64,000 nt of DNA from Mobula hypostoma. Its lineage: Eukaryota. This document shows, one piece after another, positions 1 to 12,590 of this stretch. The DNA lies in the NCBI RefSeq assembly GCF_963921235.1, contig NC_086101.1, positions 12,648,001-12,712,000 on the forward strand. The letters are read 5' to 3'. Under the pieces are notes generated by a model. That model was not told the DNA's origin. It did no database searches and saw only the letters and a list, made by a program, of their open reading frames with translations. The position numbers and the translations under genes were made by a program. Position 1 is the stretch's first letter; the number at the start of each line of letters is the position of its first letter.

Positions 1-806
1 TCTGAACTGAGCTCTTTTTTTGGGGGGATGGACCTCAGTGAAAAGCAAATGGATTCTAGCTGAGGTTATTTTTGTATTGGAATTATCACATGAAATAGTC
101 GAAGGCTTGTCTTGTGTACTGTTCATACAGATCAAATCTTTGAGGTAGGATAAGTATTCAATAACATTGCACTTTTTCAGTAATGTTTTATTCTGCAATG
201 CAAGTTGGTGATAAAGTGCAAGATCATACCAAGGTGGATTGTGAGGCCAAGAGTTCATCTTATTGTGCCTAATAACAGGGGAACAGAAGCTGTCTCTGAG
301 CTTGGCGGTACATGCTTCCAGGCTTCTGTATCTTCCGCCCAATGGGAGAGGGGAGAAGAGGTGGGTGGGTGGAGATTACGCTGGCTGCTTTACTGAGGCA
401 GCGAGAAGTGTAGACAGTCCATATGGGGGTGGGGGTTGTGGAATAGCCGGTTTCCGTGATGTGCTGAGCTGTATTCAGTACTCTGTGTGGTTTCTTGTGA
501 TCACACACAGATCAGTTGCCATACTAAGCTGGTACATCAATGAAAATGGGTGAGAGTCAATTGTGGCATGTTGAATTTCTTTAGCGGCCTGAGGAGCTGA
601 TAAGTTTTCTTGGCTGTGACATCAGCGCAGTTGGACCACGATACCTAGCAACGTGAAACTCTGTCAATGGTTGAAGTTTAATCAAATCAGGTCTTTTAAG
701 ATGGTTAAGAGTTCTGATTGGGTAGGTTGCAAGGCAACCTGCTGTGTGTGGATCTGGCGAGGGATTGTCTGGAAAGTGAGCCTAAACCAAATTGTTCAGG
801 ATTGTG

Positions 807-1847
807 TCATCCCACTCAGAACTCTGCACCAGCCTTCCCTCCATACCCCCTGATCCCCGTAGCCACAAGGGCCATATCTAACTCCCTCTTAAATATAGCC
901 AATGAACTGGCCTCAACTGTTACCTGTGGCAAAGAATTCCACAGATTCACCACTCTCTGTGTGAAGAAGTTTTTCCTAATCTTGGTCCTAAAAGGCTTCC
1001 CCTTTATCCTCAAACTGTGACCCCTCGTTCTGGACTTCCCCAACATCGGGAACAATCTTCCTGCATCTAGCCTGTCCAATCCCTTTAGGATTATATACGT
1101 TTCAATCAGGTACCCCCTCAATCTTCTAAATTCCAATGAGTACAAGCCCAGTTCATCCAGTCTTTCTTCATATGAAAGTCCTGCCATCCCAGGAATCAAT
1201 CTGGTGAACCTTCTTTGTACTCCCTCTATGGCAAGGATGTCTTTCCTCAGATTAGGGGACCAAAACTGCACACAATACTCCAGGTGTGGTCTCACCAAGG
1301 CCTTGTACAACTGCAGTAGTACCTCCCTGCTCCTGTACTCGAATCCTCTTGCTATAAATGCCAGCATACCGTTCGCCTTTTTCACCGCCTGCTGTACCTG
1401 CATGCCCACTTTCAATGACTGGTGTATAATGACACCCAGGTCTCGTTGCACCTCCCCTTTTCCTAATCGGCCACCATTCAGATGATAATCTGTTTTCCTA
1501 TTTTTGCCACCAAAGTGGATAACTTCACATTTATCCACATTAAATTGCATCTGCCATGAATTTGCCCACTCACCCAACCTATCCAAGTCACCCTGCATCC
1601 TCTTAGCATCCTCCTCACAGCTAACACTGCCGCCCAGCTTCGTGTCATCCGCAAACTTGGAGATGCTGCACTTAATTCCCTCATCCAAGTCATTAGTATA
1701 TATTGTAAACAACTGGGGTCCCAGCACTGAGCCTTGCGGTACCCCACTAGTCACCGCCTGCCATTCTGAAAAGGTCCCGTTTATTCCCACTCTTTGCTTC
1801 CTGTCTGCCAACCAATTCTCTATCCACATCAATACCTTACCCCCAGT
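807..1847 (-). mobile_element. CR1 LINE 3' fragment (RT C-terminal half), in LSM2 intron
   Basis: ORF 816..1832 has GVPQGSVLGP, KFADDTKL and RPHLEYCVQFW motifs typical of CR1 ORF2; near-identical to 10360-11370 in the opposite orientation. Confidence 0.95.
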
Positions 1848-2120
1848 ACCTTATGATCTTCTTGCCCATATTCTAACAAAAGAACCTTGCTCAGGTGTGT
1901 CGTGTGTCAGATGGCAGTATTTTCCAGACTGGAGTGTGAGGCATGGAACTACTGGGCCTATTATTTTAGTTCAATGCATTCGGCAGTTTGTGAAGCTTCA
2001 TAATGCACCTTAAACTAGGGGTATGAGATAAGTGTGTATTACGTGCAAATATATAAAAAGGTAATGTGCCTTTTCCTGAAAAGAAAACAGGTTCTAATGC
2101 AACTCTCTCCTTATTTTCAG

Positions 2121-2151
2121 CATTTGCGGAACTCTACACTCCGTTGACCAG
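2121..2151 (+). CDS. LSM2: LSM2 internal coding exon (31 nt; (S)ICGTLHSVDQ)
   Basis: ttttcag|CATTTGCGGAACTCTACACTCCGTTGACCAG|gtgcgt; the peptide matches Lsm2 and joins in frame to the exon at 13664. Earlier exons are not recognised in the window and presumably lie upstream. Confidence 0.92.
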
Positions 2152-2780
2152 GTGCGTTTTGCTGAATTTCACTTCACTGAATATTAAAATTCATCTGTTA
2201 AGAATGACTCGCGGTATAAAGCAAAGTGAGAAATAATCTTGCAAGCTGTTTACTTCTCTTGAGCTGCCTTCATTCAAAGTTCAAAGTAGATTGATTATTG
2301 AAGTAGGTATGTGTCACCATGTATTCCCCTGAAATTCATTTTCAGCAGGCGTTCACAGTAGAACAAAGACTGGCAAAGCCAATGTACAAAAGACCAACTG
2401 TGAAAATACAAAAAAAAACCTAATAATAGTAAATAAATAACACTGACAACATAAGAGTCCTTGAAAGAGTCAGGGAGTAAGTTCTGTGTTGAGATGAGTG
2501 ACGTTATCCATGCTGGTTCAGGAGCGTGATGGTTGAAGGGTAATAATTGTTCCTGAACCTTGTATGGGACCCAAGACTCCTGTCCCGCCCGCCTTCCCAG
2601 TGACATCATTAGGAAGGGAGTATGGCCTAGATGGTGGGGGTTCTTGATGGATGCTGCTTTCTTGCTACAGCAGTCGTTGTAGATGTGCTCAGTGGTGGGG
2701 AAGGGCTACTCCTGTGATGGACTGGACTTTATACACTTTTTTTTGGGAGGCTTTTTCAATCTTGGACGTTGGTTTTTCCT

Positions 2781-3330
2781 TAAACACAAGATTCTGCAGA
2801 TGCTGCAAATCCAGAGCAACACCCACAATGTGCTGGGGAAACGCAGCAGGTCAGGCAGCGTCTATGAAAATGAATGAGTAGTCGATGTTTCAAGCTGAGA
2901 CCCTTAATCAGGATTGGAAAGCAAGGGGAAAGGTGCCAGGAAGAAACGGTGGGAGGGGAGGGAGGGGAAGCTAGAAGATGATGGGTGAATCCAGGCAGGT
3001 GGGAAGGGCAAAGGGCTGGAGAAGAAGGAATCTGAGAGTGGAGAGTTGATCTTGGGAGAAAAGGAAGGAGGAGGGGCACCAAAGGGAGGTGATAGGAGGG
3101 TCAGGAGAAGAGGTAAGAGACCAGAGTGGGGAATGTGGAGAAACCCAAATTACTGCAGTTAGAAATCGATAGTCATGCCATCAGGTTGGAGGTTACTTGG
3201 ACGGAATGTGAGGTGTTTCTCCTCCGGCCTGAGTGTGGCCTCATCGTGGTAGAAGACGAGGCCGTGGGCTGACACGTTGGAACTGGAATGGGGATGAGAA
3301 TGAAAATGGTTGACCACTGGGAAATTCCAC
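2781..3330 (-). mobile_element. Penelope-like element 3' fragment (GIY-YIG C-terminus + 3' end with degenerate hammerhead)
   Basis: Minus strand carries the degenerate GIY-YIG tail (DEATLR.EE.HL.FR) followed by a pyrimidine-rich tract and CTGATTA..GAAACATCGAC. Confidence 0.7.
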
Positions 3331-3574
3331 TCTTAATTTTAATTTCATTTTAACTCCTATCCCCATCCCCATTCCTATTCTGACATGTGGGTTTCCTCTG
3401 GGTGCTCAGGTTTCCTCCCACATTCCAAAGGTCTATGGGTTAGAAGGTAAATTAGTTATGTGGGTGTAATTGGACAGTGTGCACTCGTTCCATGATGGCC
3501 TGTTACTGTGCTGTAACTTAAAAGCAAAGAAGTCGGGGAGGGGGGAGGAGGAGGAGGGAGGCAGAGGCATACAT

Positions 3575-4421
3575 AGGTAGGAAAAGGGTGATCCTTAAGA
3601 GAGGATATGGGGAGTTCAGCAGAAAGCTGAAAAGCAGGACATTCAGGATAGTAACCTCTGAATTGCTGTCTGTGTCCCATGTGCCAGTGAGGGTAAGAAT
3701 AGGATGATTTGGCAGATGAATGCACGGCTGAAGAACTGGTGCAGGAGGGGCAGGGTTTCTGATTTCTAGATCACTAGGATCTCTTCTGGGGAAGTTATGA
3801 AGTGTTCAAAAGGGGTGGGTTACACCTGAATGTGAGGGGGACCAATATCCTTGCAAGTAGGTTTGCTGGAGCTGTTGGAGAGGGTTTAAATTAATTTGGC
3901 AGGTGGGTGGGAACTAGAGTGATGGGGCTGAGGATTGGGCAGTTGGGACACAACCAGATGCAGTCTGTCGTGAGCCTGAGGAAGGACAGCAAATGATGGG
4001 GCAAAATTGCAGTTAGGATGAGGCAATTGTGGCTGATGGGGGGTGTGGGGGGAGTCAAAGACAGTATTAAAAAGCAAAAGACAGGACATAAAATATTGCA
4101 AACAATCGTGGGAAGGTAGAGGAGTGGGAAACTTAAAAACCAACAGAGGGCAACTGCAAAAGCCACAAGGAGAGAGAAGATGAGATATGATGGTAAGCTA
4201 GCCAATAATAGGAAAGAGGTTGCCAATGGTTACTTTAGATGTATAAAGAGTGAAAAAGAGATGAGTGGATATCGGACCACTTGAAAATGATGCTGGAGAG
4301 GTAGTAATAGGGGACAAAGAAATGATGCATGAACTTGAGTCTTGATGGTAGAAGACACTAGCATACAAAATTGTTGAGGGTAGAAGTGAGTGAGAAGGTG
4401 CTTGGGGAGCTGAAAAGTCTA
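3575..4421 (+). mobile_element. Old CR1 LINE fragment (ORF1 esterase and ORF2 remnants); continues at 7076-7145 and 11453-12590
   Basis: Degenerate CR1 peptides (DIGPLENDAGEVVIG, EKVLGELK); the sequence resumes after the Tc1 and again after the young CR1. Confidence 0.75.
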
Positions 4422-5802
4422 CAGTGGTGCTAGCAAGTTTGTGAACGCTATAGAGTTTTCTGTTTCTGCATAAATGACAGAATGTGATCAGACCTTCACG
4501 CAAGCACTAAAACTAGATAAAGAGAACCTAATAGAATAAATAATGCAAGCATTATACTTCGTTTATTTATTGAGGGGAAAAAAAATCCAATATTACATGT
4601 ATTTGTTGGAGAAAGTATGTGAACCTCTGGAGTATAATGCCTTCTACAAAAGCTAGCAACACACATCAAAGTTGCTGGTGAACTCAGCAGGCCAGGCAGC
4701 ATCTGTAGGAAGAGGTACAGTTGACGTTTCAGGCCGAGACCCTTCGTCAGGACTTTAGAGTCGAGTGTTCCAATTATGGAAATGAGATTGGAGGTGTGGG
4801 ATGTAGAGGTGCCCTGCCCTATATAAGTTGCTGACAGAGCTGGCTCTTCTCATGAGAGATCTGTTCATCTGCACCATGCCTCCATCAAAATGACTTTCAG
4901 AGGGCCTTGGAAGAACTGTAGAGGTGCACGAAGCTGGAAAAGGCTACAAAATCATTTCTAAAGACCTGAGTGTTCATTAGTCCACAGTAAGAGAAATTGT
5001 CTACAAATGCAGGAAACTCAGTACTGTCACTACTCTCCCTAGGAGTGGGTGTCTTGCAAATATCACACCAACAGCACAATGTGCAATGCTGGAGGAGATG
5101 AAAAAGAACCCAAGGGTAACAGCAAAAGACCTGCAGAAATGTCTTGAGCTTGCTAAAGTCTCTCTTCATGTATCCACTATAAGAAAAACACTGAACAAGA
5201 ATGGTGTCCATGGACAGACACCGTAGAGGAAACCAGTTGCCTCCTTTAAACAAAAACATTACTGTACGTCTCAAGTTTGCAGAAGACGACCTGGATGTTC
5301 TATAATGCTCCTGGGACAATGTTCTGTGGACAGATGAGACAAGAGTTGAAATATTTGGCAGAAATGTACATTACTATGTCTGGTGGAAAAAGGGCACTGC
5401 ACACTAACACCAAAACCTCAAACCAACTGTGAAGCCTGGTGGAAGGAGCATCATGGTTTGGGGCTGGCTTGCTGCCTCAGCTCCTGGACTGCTTGCAATT
5501 GCTGAGGGATCAATGAATTCATAATTGTATCAAGACATTTTACAGGGGGATGTCAGGCTAGCAGTCCATCACTTGAAGCTTGATAGAAGTTGGATAATGC
5601 AACAAGACAATGATCTGAAAGACGAGAGTAAATCATCAACAATGGTTTAAAAAGGACATTCTAAAACATGAATTTTCAAGTCAGATTCCTGACCATAATC
5701 CTATAGAAATGTTGTGGAAGGACCTGAAGGAAGAAGTTCATGCAAGGAAGTCCACCAACATCCCAGAGTTGAAGCAATTTTGTAAGGAGGAATAGCCTAA
5801 AA

Positions 5803-6544
5803 CAGGGGTCCCCAACCTTTTTTGTACCGTGGACCAGTTTAATATTGACAATATTCTTGCGGACTTTGGGGGGGCGGGGGTGGTGTTCAAGTAGGGTTAA
5901 ACTCACCTCAACATGTCTTTTACAGTTAGGGTTGCCAACTTTCTCACTCCCAAATAAGGGACAAAAGTAGCAGTCAAAGCCTGGGACACTTTACCCCAGG
6001 AAAGACTACCATGACCATGAAGCCTTGCGCGGGCACCTGTGTGCGTACGTGCCGATTTTTTTTTTTTTTCCCCCCCCCCACAAATCGATTTTGTTTTCAT
6101 CTTCCCAACTATACTGTACATTATTTCTACTTTATATAGGCTGTGTAGTTATCATATTCCTGCTTTTACTATATGTTAGTGCTATTTATTTTTGGTTTTG
6201 TGTGTTATTTGGTATGATTTGTTAGGTTATATTTTGGGACTGGGAACGCTCAAAAAAATTTTCCCATATAAATTAATGGTAATGGCGCTTCACGCCATTT
6301 TGACACAGAAGGTTTTATAGGAACGCTGTACCTTAGCGGGGGAAATATGGGACAAACCAATTTAGCCCAATATACAGGATGTCTGGGCAAATACGGGACA
6401 GTTGGCAACCCTATGTTCAAGTTCAACAATGCGTGACCAGGGAATGAGGAAAAGTGCAGCTGGCTCATATTGTTTCCTCACGGCCCGGTAGCACATACTT
6501 GGTGGCCCAGTACCGGTCCGCGGCCCGGTGGTTGGGGACTGCTG
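5803..6544. mobile_element. Non-autonomous hAT element inside the Tc1
   Basis: TIRs CAGGGGTCCCCAACC / GGTTGGGGACTGCTG and a perfect 8-bp TSD GCCTAAAA (5795-5802, 6545-6552). Confidence 0.9.
5892..6413. mobile_element. Second hAT (Blackjack-like) element nested in the first
   Basis: TIR TAGGGTTGCCAACT (5927-5940) / AGTTGGCAACCCTA (ends 6413); 8-bp TSD TGTTCAAG at 5884-5891 and 6414-6421. Confidence 0.8.
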
Positions 6545-6687
6545 GCCTAAAATCCCTGCAAGCCGATGTGCTGGACTGATCAACAGTTACCAGAGATATT
6601 TGGTTGAAATTATTGTTATGTAACTGTCACACCAGTTACTGAAAGCAAAGGTTCACATACTACTTCCAAAAAATAGGTGTAATATTG

Positions 6688-6907
6688 AATCAAAGTTGCT
6701 GGTGAATGCAGCAGGCCAGGCAGCATCTCTAGGAAGAGGTACAGTCGACGTTTCAGGCCGAGACCCTTCGTCAGGACTAACGAAGGGTCTCGGCCTGAAA
6801 CGTCAACTGTACCTCTTCCTAGAGATGCGGCTTGGCCTGCTGCGTTCACCAGGAACTTTGATGTATGTTGCCTGAATTTCCAGCATCTGCAGAATTCCTC
6901 GTGTTTG
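6688..6907. mobile_element. Penelope-derived fold-back mini-element
   Basis: Long near-perfect inverted repeat centred near 6775; flanked by AGGTGTAATATTG / AGGTGTGATATTG (6675-6687, 6908-6920). Confidence 0.8.
6742..6779 (-). ncRNA. Minimal type-I hammerhead ribozyme motif (intact core)
   Basis: Minus strand: UAGUC-CUGACGA-AGGGUCUCGGCCU-GAAA-CGUC^GACUG; stem I UAGUC/GACUG, stem II AGG/CCU, palindromic ACGU in place of stem III. Confidence 0.75.
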
Positions 6908-7145
6908 AGGTGTGATATTGGATCAGTTTTCACTATAAGCAAATGAACACATTTCATGTTTTTGTATTTATTTGGTTGAGTTCTCTTTATCTAGTTTTAG
7001 GGTTTGTGAAGATCTGATGATTTTTATTCAGAAACAGAAAATTCTACATGGTTCACTAACTTTCTAGCACCACTGTTTAAGCCACCCGGACCACACCTCA
7101 GGGTTCTGAAGGAGGTGACTGAAGAGATTGTGGAGGCATTGGTAA

Positions 7146-10100
7146 GAAGAAGGGAGTCTGAGAATCGGAGCGGGAGTGCGGAGGAAGACATTTTTGAATC
7201 TTTCAGTTTTTTTTTCCATCGGCGTTCAGAGAGGCGGGACTGTGCAGGCGTGTGACGTCGGGCAGTGAAGCACGGAAGATTTAAAAGGAACAGAGCCTCA
7301 TACAGCGGGCTGCATAGTTTGCGGGCAGCAGAGTGAGCCGGGAGCAGAGTGAAGGCTTAAGGGCTTCGGCTCAACGGGCTTAGGCGGAAACGGGCGAGGC
7401 GAGGAAGGTTTGGTATTCATTTTTTGTTATTTGAGGAGAGGGGCAGTATGAGTGTGAGGGCAGTTTGTTGTTCTTGGTGCCGGATATGGGAGGCCCTGGA
7501 GTCTCCCAAGCCTCCCAGACTTCCACATCTGCACCAGGTGTGCCGAGATGCAGCTCCTAAGGGACCGCGTTAGGGAACTGGAGCTGCAGCTCGATGACCT
7601 TTGTCTGGTCAGGGAGAATGAGGAGGTGATAGAGAGGAGTTACAGGCAGCTGGTCACACCGGGACCATGGGAGGCAGACCAGTGGGTCACGGTTAGGAGG
7701 GGGAAGAGGAAGAGTCGGGTAATAGAGAGTACCCCAGTTGCTGTGCCCCTTGACAATAAGTACTCCTGTTTGAGTACTGTTGGGGGGGACAGCTTACCTG
7801 GGGGAAGCGACAGTGACCGTGCCTCCGGCACAGAGTCCGGCCCTGTAACTCAGAAGGGTAGGGAAAGGAAGAGGAGGGCAGTTGTAGTAGGGGACTCGAT
7901 AGTAAGGGGGTCAGATAGGCGATGCTGTGGACGCAGTCCAGAGATCCGGGTGGTACTTTGCCTCCCTGGTGCCAGGGTCCGGGATATTTCTGATCGTGTC
8001 CAAGATATCCTGAAGTGGGAGGGTGAGGAGCTGGTGGTACATATAGGTACCAATGACATAGGTAGGAAAAGGGAAGAGGTCCTGAAAGGAGAATATAGGG
8101 AGCTAGGAAGGGAGTTGAGAAAAAGGACCGCAAAGGTAGTAATCTCGGGATTACTGCCTGTGCCACGCGACAGTGAGAGTAGGAATGCAATGAGGTGGAG
8201 GATAAATGCGTGGCTGAGGGATTGGAGCAGGGGGCAGGGATTCAAGTTTTTGGATCATTGGGACCTCTTTTGGCGCAGGCGTGACCTGTACAAAAAGGAT
8301 GGATTACACTTGAAACCTTGGGGGACCAATATCCTGGCAGGGAGATTAGCGAGGGCTACTGAGGTGACTTTAAACTAGAATGGTTGGGGGGTGGGAATCA
8401 AATTAAAGAAGCTAGGTGAGAGGAGGTTAGTTCACAACGGGGATGGGAACCAGTGCAGAGAGACAGAGAGGTGTAAAATGAGGGTAGAAGCAAAAAGTAA
8501 AAGTGGCAGGCTGACAAATCCAGGGCAAGCATCAAACAGGGCCACTTTTCAACATAAGGGCTAAGAGAGTTGTAAAAGTGCGCCTGAAGGCTTTGTGTGT
8601 CAATGCAAGGAGCATTTGTAACAAGGTGGATGAATTAAAAGTGCAGATTGTTATTAATGAATATCATATAGTTGGGATCACAGACACATGGCTTCAGGGT
8701 GACCAAGGATAGGAGCTCAACATTCAGGGATATTCAATATTCAGGAGGGATAGACATGAAAGAAAAGGAGGTGGGGTAACATTGCTGGTTAGAGAGGAGA
8801 TTAACGCAATAGAAAGGAAGGACATAAGCCGGGAGGATGTGGAATGGATATGGGTAGAGCTGCATAACACTAAGGGGCAGAAAACGCTGGTGGGGGTTGT
8901 GTACAGGCCACCTAACAGTAGTAGTGAGGTTGGGGATGGTATTAAACAGGAAATTAGAAATGTGTGCAATAAAGGAACAGCAGTTATAATGGGTGACTTC
9001 AATCTACATGTAGACTGGGTGAACCAAATTGGTAAGGGTGCTGAGGAAGAGGATTTCTTGGAATGTATGTGGGATGGTTTTTTGAACCAACATGTTGAGG
9101 AACCAACTAGAGAGCAGGCTATTCTAGACTGGGTATTGAGCAATGAGGAAGGGTTAATTAGCAATCTTGTCGTGAGAGGCCCCTTGGGTAAGAGTGACCA
9201 TAATATGGTGGAATTCTTCATTAAGATGGAGAGTGACATAGTTAATTCAGAAACAAAGGTTCTGAACTTAAAGAAGGGTAACTTTGAAGGTATGAGACGT
9301 GAATTAGCTAAGATAGACTGGCAAATGATACTTAAAGGATTGACGGTGGATATGCAATGGCAAGCATTTAAAGATCGCATGGATGAACTACAACAATTGT
9401 TCATCCCAGTTTGACAAAAGAATAAACCAGGGAAGGTAGTGCACCCGTGGCTGACAAGGGAAATTAAGGATAGTATCAATTCCAAAGAAGAAGCATACAA
9501 ATTAGCCAGAAAAATTGACTCACCTGAGGACTGGGAGAAATTCAGAGTCCAGTAGAGGAGGACAAAGGGCTTAATTAGGAAGGGGAAAAAAGATTGAGAG
9601 AAAACTGGTAGGGAACATAAAAACTGACTGTAAAAGCTTTTATAGATATGTGAAAAGAAAAAGATTGGTTAAGACAAATGTAGGTCCCCTACAGACAGAA
9701 ACAGGTGAATTGATCATGGGGAGCAAGGACATGGCAGACCAATTGAATAATTACTTTGGTTCTGTCTTCACTAAGGAGGACATAAATAATCTTCCGGAAA
9801 TAGTAGGGGACAGAGGGTCCAGTGAGATGGAGGAACTGAGGGAAATACATGTTAGTAGGGAAGTGGTGTTAGGTAAATTGAAGGGATTAAAGGCAGATAA
9901 ATCCCCAGGGCCAGATGGTCTGCATTCCAGAGTGCTTAAGGAAGTAGCCCAAGAAATAGTGAATGCATTAGTGATAATTTTTCAAAACTTTAGATTCTGG
10001 ATTAGTTCCTGAGGATTGGAGGGTGGCTAATGTAACCCCACTTTTTAAAAAAGGAGGGAGAGAGAAACCAGGGAATTATAGACAGGTTAGCCTAACATCG

Positions 10101-11452
10101 GTGGTGGGGAAACTGCTAGAGTCAGTTATCAAGGATGTGATAACAGCACATTTGGAAAGTGGTGAAATCATCGGACAAAGCATGGATTTGTGAAAGGAAA
10201 ATCATGTCTGACGAATCTCATAGAATTTTTTGAGGATGTAACTAGTAGAGTGGATAGGGGAGAACCAGTGGATGTGGTATATTTGGATTTTCAGAAGGCT
10301 TTTGACAAGGTCCCACACAGGAGATTAGTGTGCAAACTTAAAGCACACGGTATTGGGGGTAAGGTATTGATGTGGATAGAGAATTGCTTGGCAGACAGAA
10401 AGCAAAAAGTGGGAATAAACGGGACCTTTTCAGAATGGTAGGCAGTGACTAGTGGGGTACCGCAAGGCTCAGTGCTGGGACCCCAGTTGTTTACAGTATA
10501 TATTAATGACTTGGATGAGGGAATTAAATGCAGCATCTCCAAGTTTGCGGATGACACGAAGCTGGGTGGCAGTGTTAGCTGTGAGGAGGATGCTAAGAGG
10601 TTGCAGGGTGACTTGGATAGGTTAGGTGAGTGGGCAAATTCATGGCAGATGCAATTTAATGTGGATAAATGTGAAGTTATCCGCTTTGGTGGCAAAAACA
10701 GGAAAATATTATTATCTGAATGGTGGCCGATAAGGGGAAGTGCAATGAGACCTGGGTGTCATTATACACCAGTGGGCATGCAGGTACAGCAGGTGGTGAA
10801 AAAGGCGAATGGTATGCTGGCATTTATAGCAAGAGGATTTGAGTACAGGAGCAGGGAGGTACTACTGCAGTTGTACAAGGCCTTGGTGAGACCACACCTG
10901 GAGTATTGTGTGCAGTTTTGGTCCCCTAATCTGAGGAAAGACATCTTTGCCATAGAGGGAGTACAAAGAAGGTTCACCGGATTGATTCCTGGGATGGCAG
11001 GACTTTCATATGATGAAAGACTGGATGAACTAGGTTTATATTCATTGGGATTTAGAAGATTGAGGGGGTATCTGATTGAAACGTATAAAATCCTAAAGGG
11101 ATTGGACAGGCTAGATGCAGGAAGATTGTTCCCGATGTTGGGGAAGTCCAGAACGAGAGGTCACAGTTTGAGGATAAAGGGGAAGCCTTTTAGGACCGAG
11201 ATTAGGAAAAACTTCTTCACACAGAGAGTGGTGAATCTGTGGAATTCTCTGCCACAGGAAACAGTTGAGGCCAGTTCATTGGCTATATTTAAGAGGGAGT
11301 TAGATATGGCCCTTGTGGCTAAAGGGATCAGGGGGGTATGGAGGGAAGGCTGGTACAGGATTCTGAGTTGGATGATCAGCCATGATCATACTGAATGGTG
11401 GTGCAGGCTCGAAGGGCCGAATGGCCTACTCCTGCACCTATTTTCTATGTAA
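7146..11452 (+). mobile_element. Near full-length young CR1 LINE (5'UTR, ORF1 esterase, ORF2 APE+RT), with stops and frameshifts
   Basis: ORF1 from ATG 7448 with Cys pairs, then SGNH motifs GDSIVR, HIGTND, DGLH; ORF2 APE (VYRPP, MGDFN, SDHN) and RT (YLDFQKAFD, PQGS, FADD); TTTTCTATG tail; GTAA at both junctions. Confidence 0.95.
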
Positions 11453-12590
11453 TGATCTTTCAAGAATCACTAGATTCTGCAATGGTTCTGGTGACTGGAA
11501 AATTGTAAATGTCACTTCACTCTTTAAAATAGGAAGGATAAGAGCCCATGGTATTACAGGAAAGGTACTGGACAGGAAATTGGCTTTCTGGCAGAAGGCA
11601 AAAAGTGGGAGTAACGGGAGCCTTTTCTGGTTGGGTGCCAGTGATTAGTGGTCTGCTGCAGGGGATGGTGTTGGGACTGCTTTTCACATTATATGTCAGT
11701 GATGTTGATGACTTTGGGGCAAAGTTTAGAAATGATGCGAAGATGGTATAGGGGCAAGTTGTGTTGAAGAAGTGGGGTGCCTGCAGAAGGACTTTGTCAG
11801 ATTGGGGGAATGGGCAAAGAAGTGGCAGATGGAATATAGTGTAAGGAAGTCCATGGACATGTACTTTGCTGGAAGGAATAACGGCTGTTTTCTATTTGAG
11901 GAGAAAATTCAAAAATCAGAGGTACCAAGAGCCTTGGGTGTTCTTGCACAGAATTTCCTAAAGGTTAACTTGCAGGTGGAGTCAATGGTAAGAAAGGCAA
12001 ATACAATGTCAGCGTTTTATTTTGAGAGGACTAGAAGATAAAAGGAAGGATGTAATGCTGAGGCTTTATAAGCATTGGTTAGACTGCCCTGGAGTATTGT
12101 GAGCAGTACTGGGCCCCTTTTAAGGAAAGATTTGCTTGCATTGGAGAGGGTCCAGAGTAGGTGCACAAGTTATCCCAAGAATGAAAGAGTTAACATATGA
12201 GATGTTTGATAGCTCTGGGCCTGTACTCACTGAAGTTTAGAAGAATGGAGGGGGGAATCTGGTGGGAACCTATTAAATATTGGAAGGCCTACATAGAATG
12301 GATGTGGAGAGGATGTTTCCTATCGTGTGTTTAGGCCCAAAGGGCACAAGCTCAGAAATGAGGGATGTCCACTTAAGCTGGAGGGTGGTGAATCTGTGGA
12401 ATTCATTGTCACACAGTTGTGCTGGCCAGTTCGAGTATATTTAAGGTGGCGGTTGAGGAGTTCTTGATTAATTAGGGCGTCCAAGGTTGTGGGGAAATGG
12501 CTGGAGAATGGGTTGAGGGATATAATAAATCAGCCATGATGGAATGATTATCATGATGGTCTAATTCTGCTCATGGCTTATGGACTTGTG
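11453..12590 (+). mobile_element. Remainder of the older CR1 interrupted by the young CR1
   Basis: Resumes 'atgatctttcaagaatcacta' exactly where 7141-7145 stops; degenerate RT and 3' end. Confidence 0.75.

Larger units (their letters stand above)
4422..7075 (+). mobile_element. Tc1/mariner DNA transposon, decayed, with nested insertions
   Basis: TIRs CAGTGGTGCTAGCAAGTTTGTGAAC / GTTCACTAACTTTCTAGCACCACTG, preceded by TA; disrupted transposase from ATG ~4876 (HEAGKGYK, VLWTDET, GGRSIMVWG, MQQDND). Confidence 0.9.
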
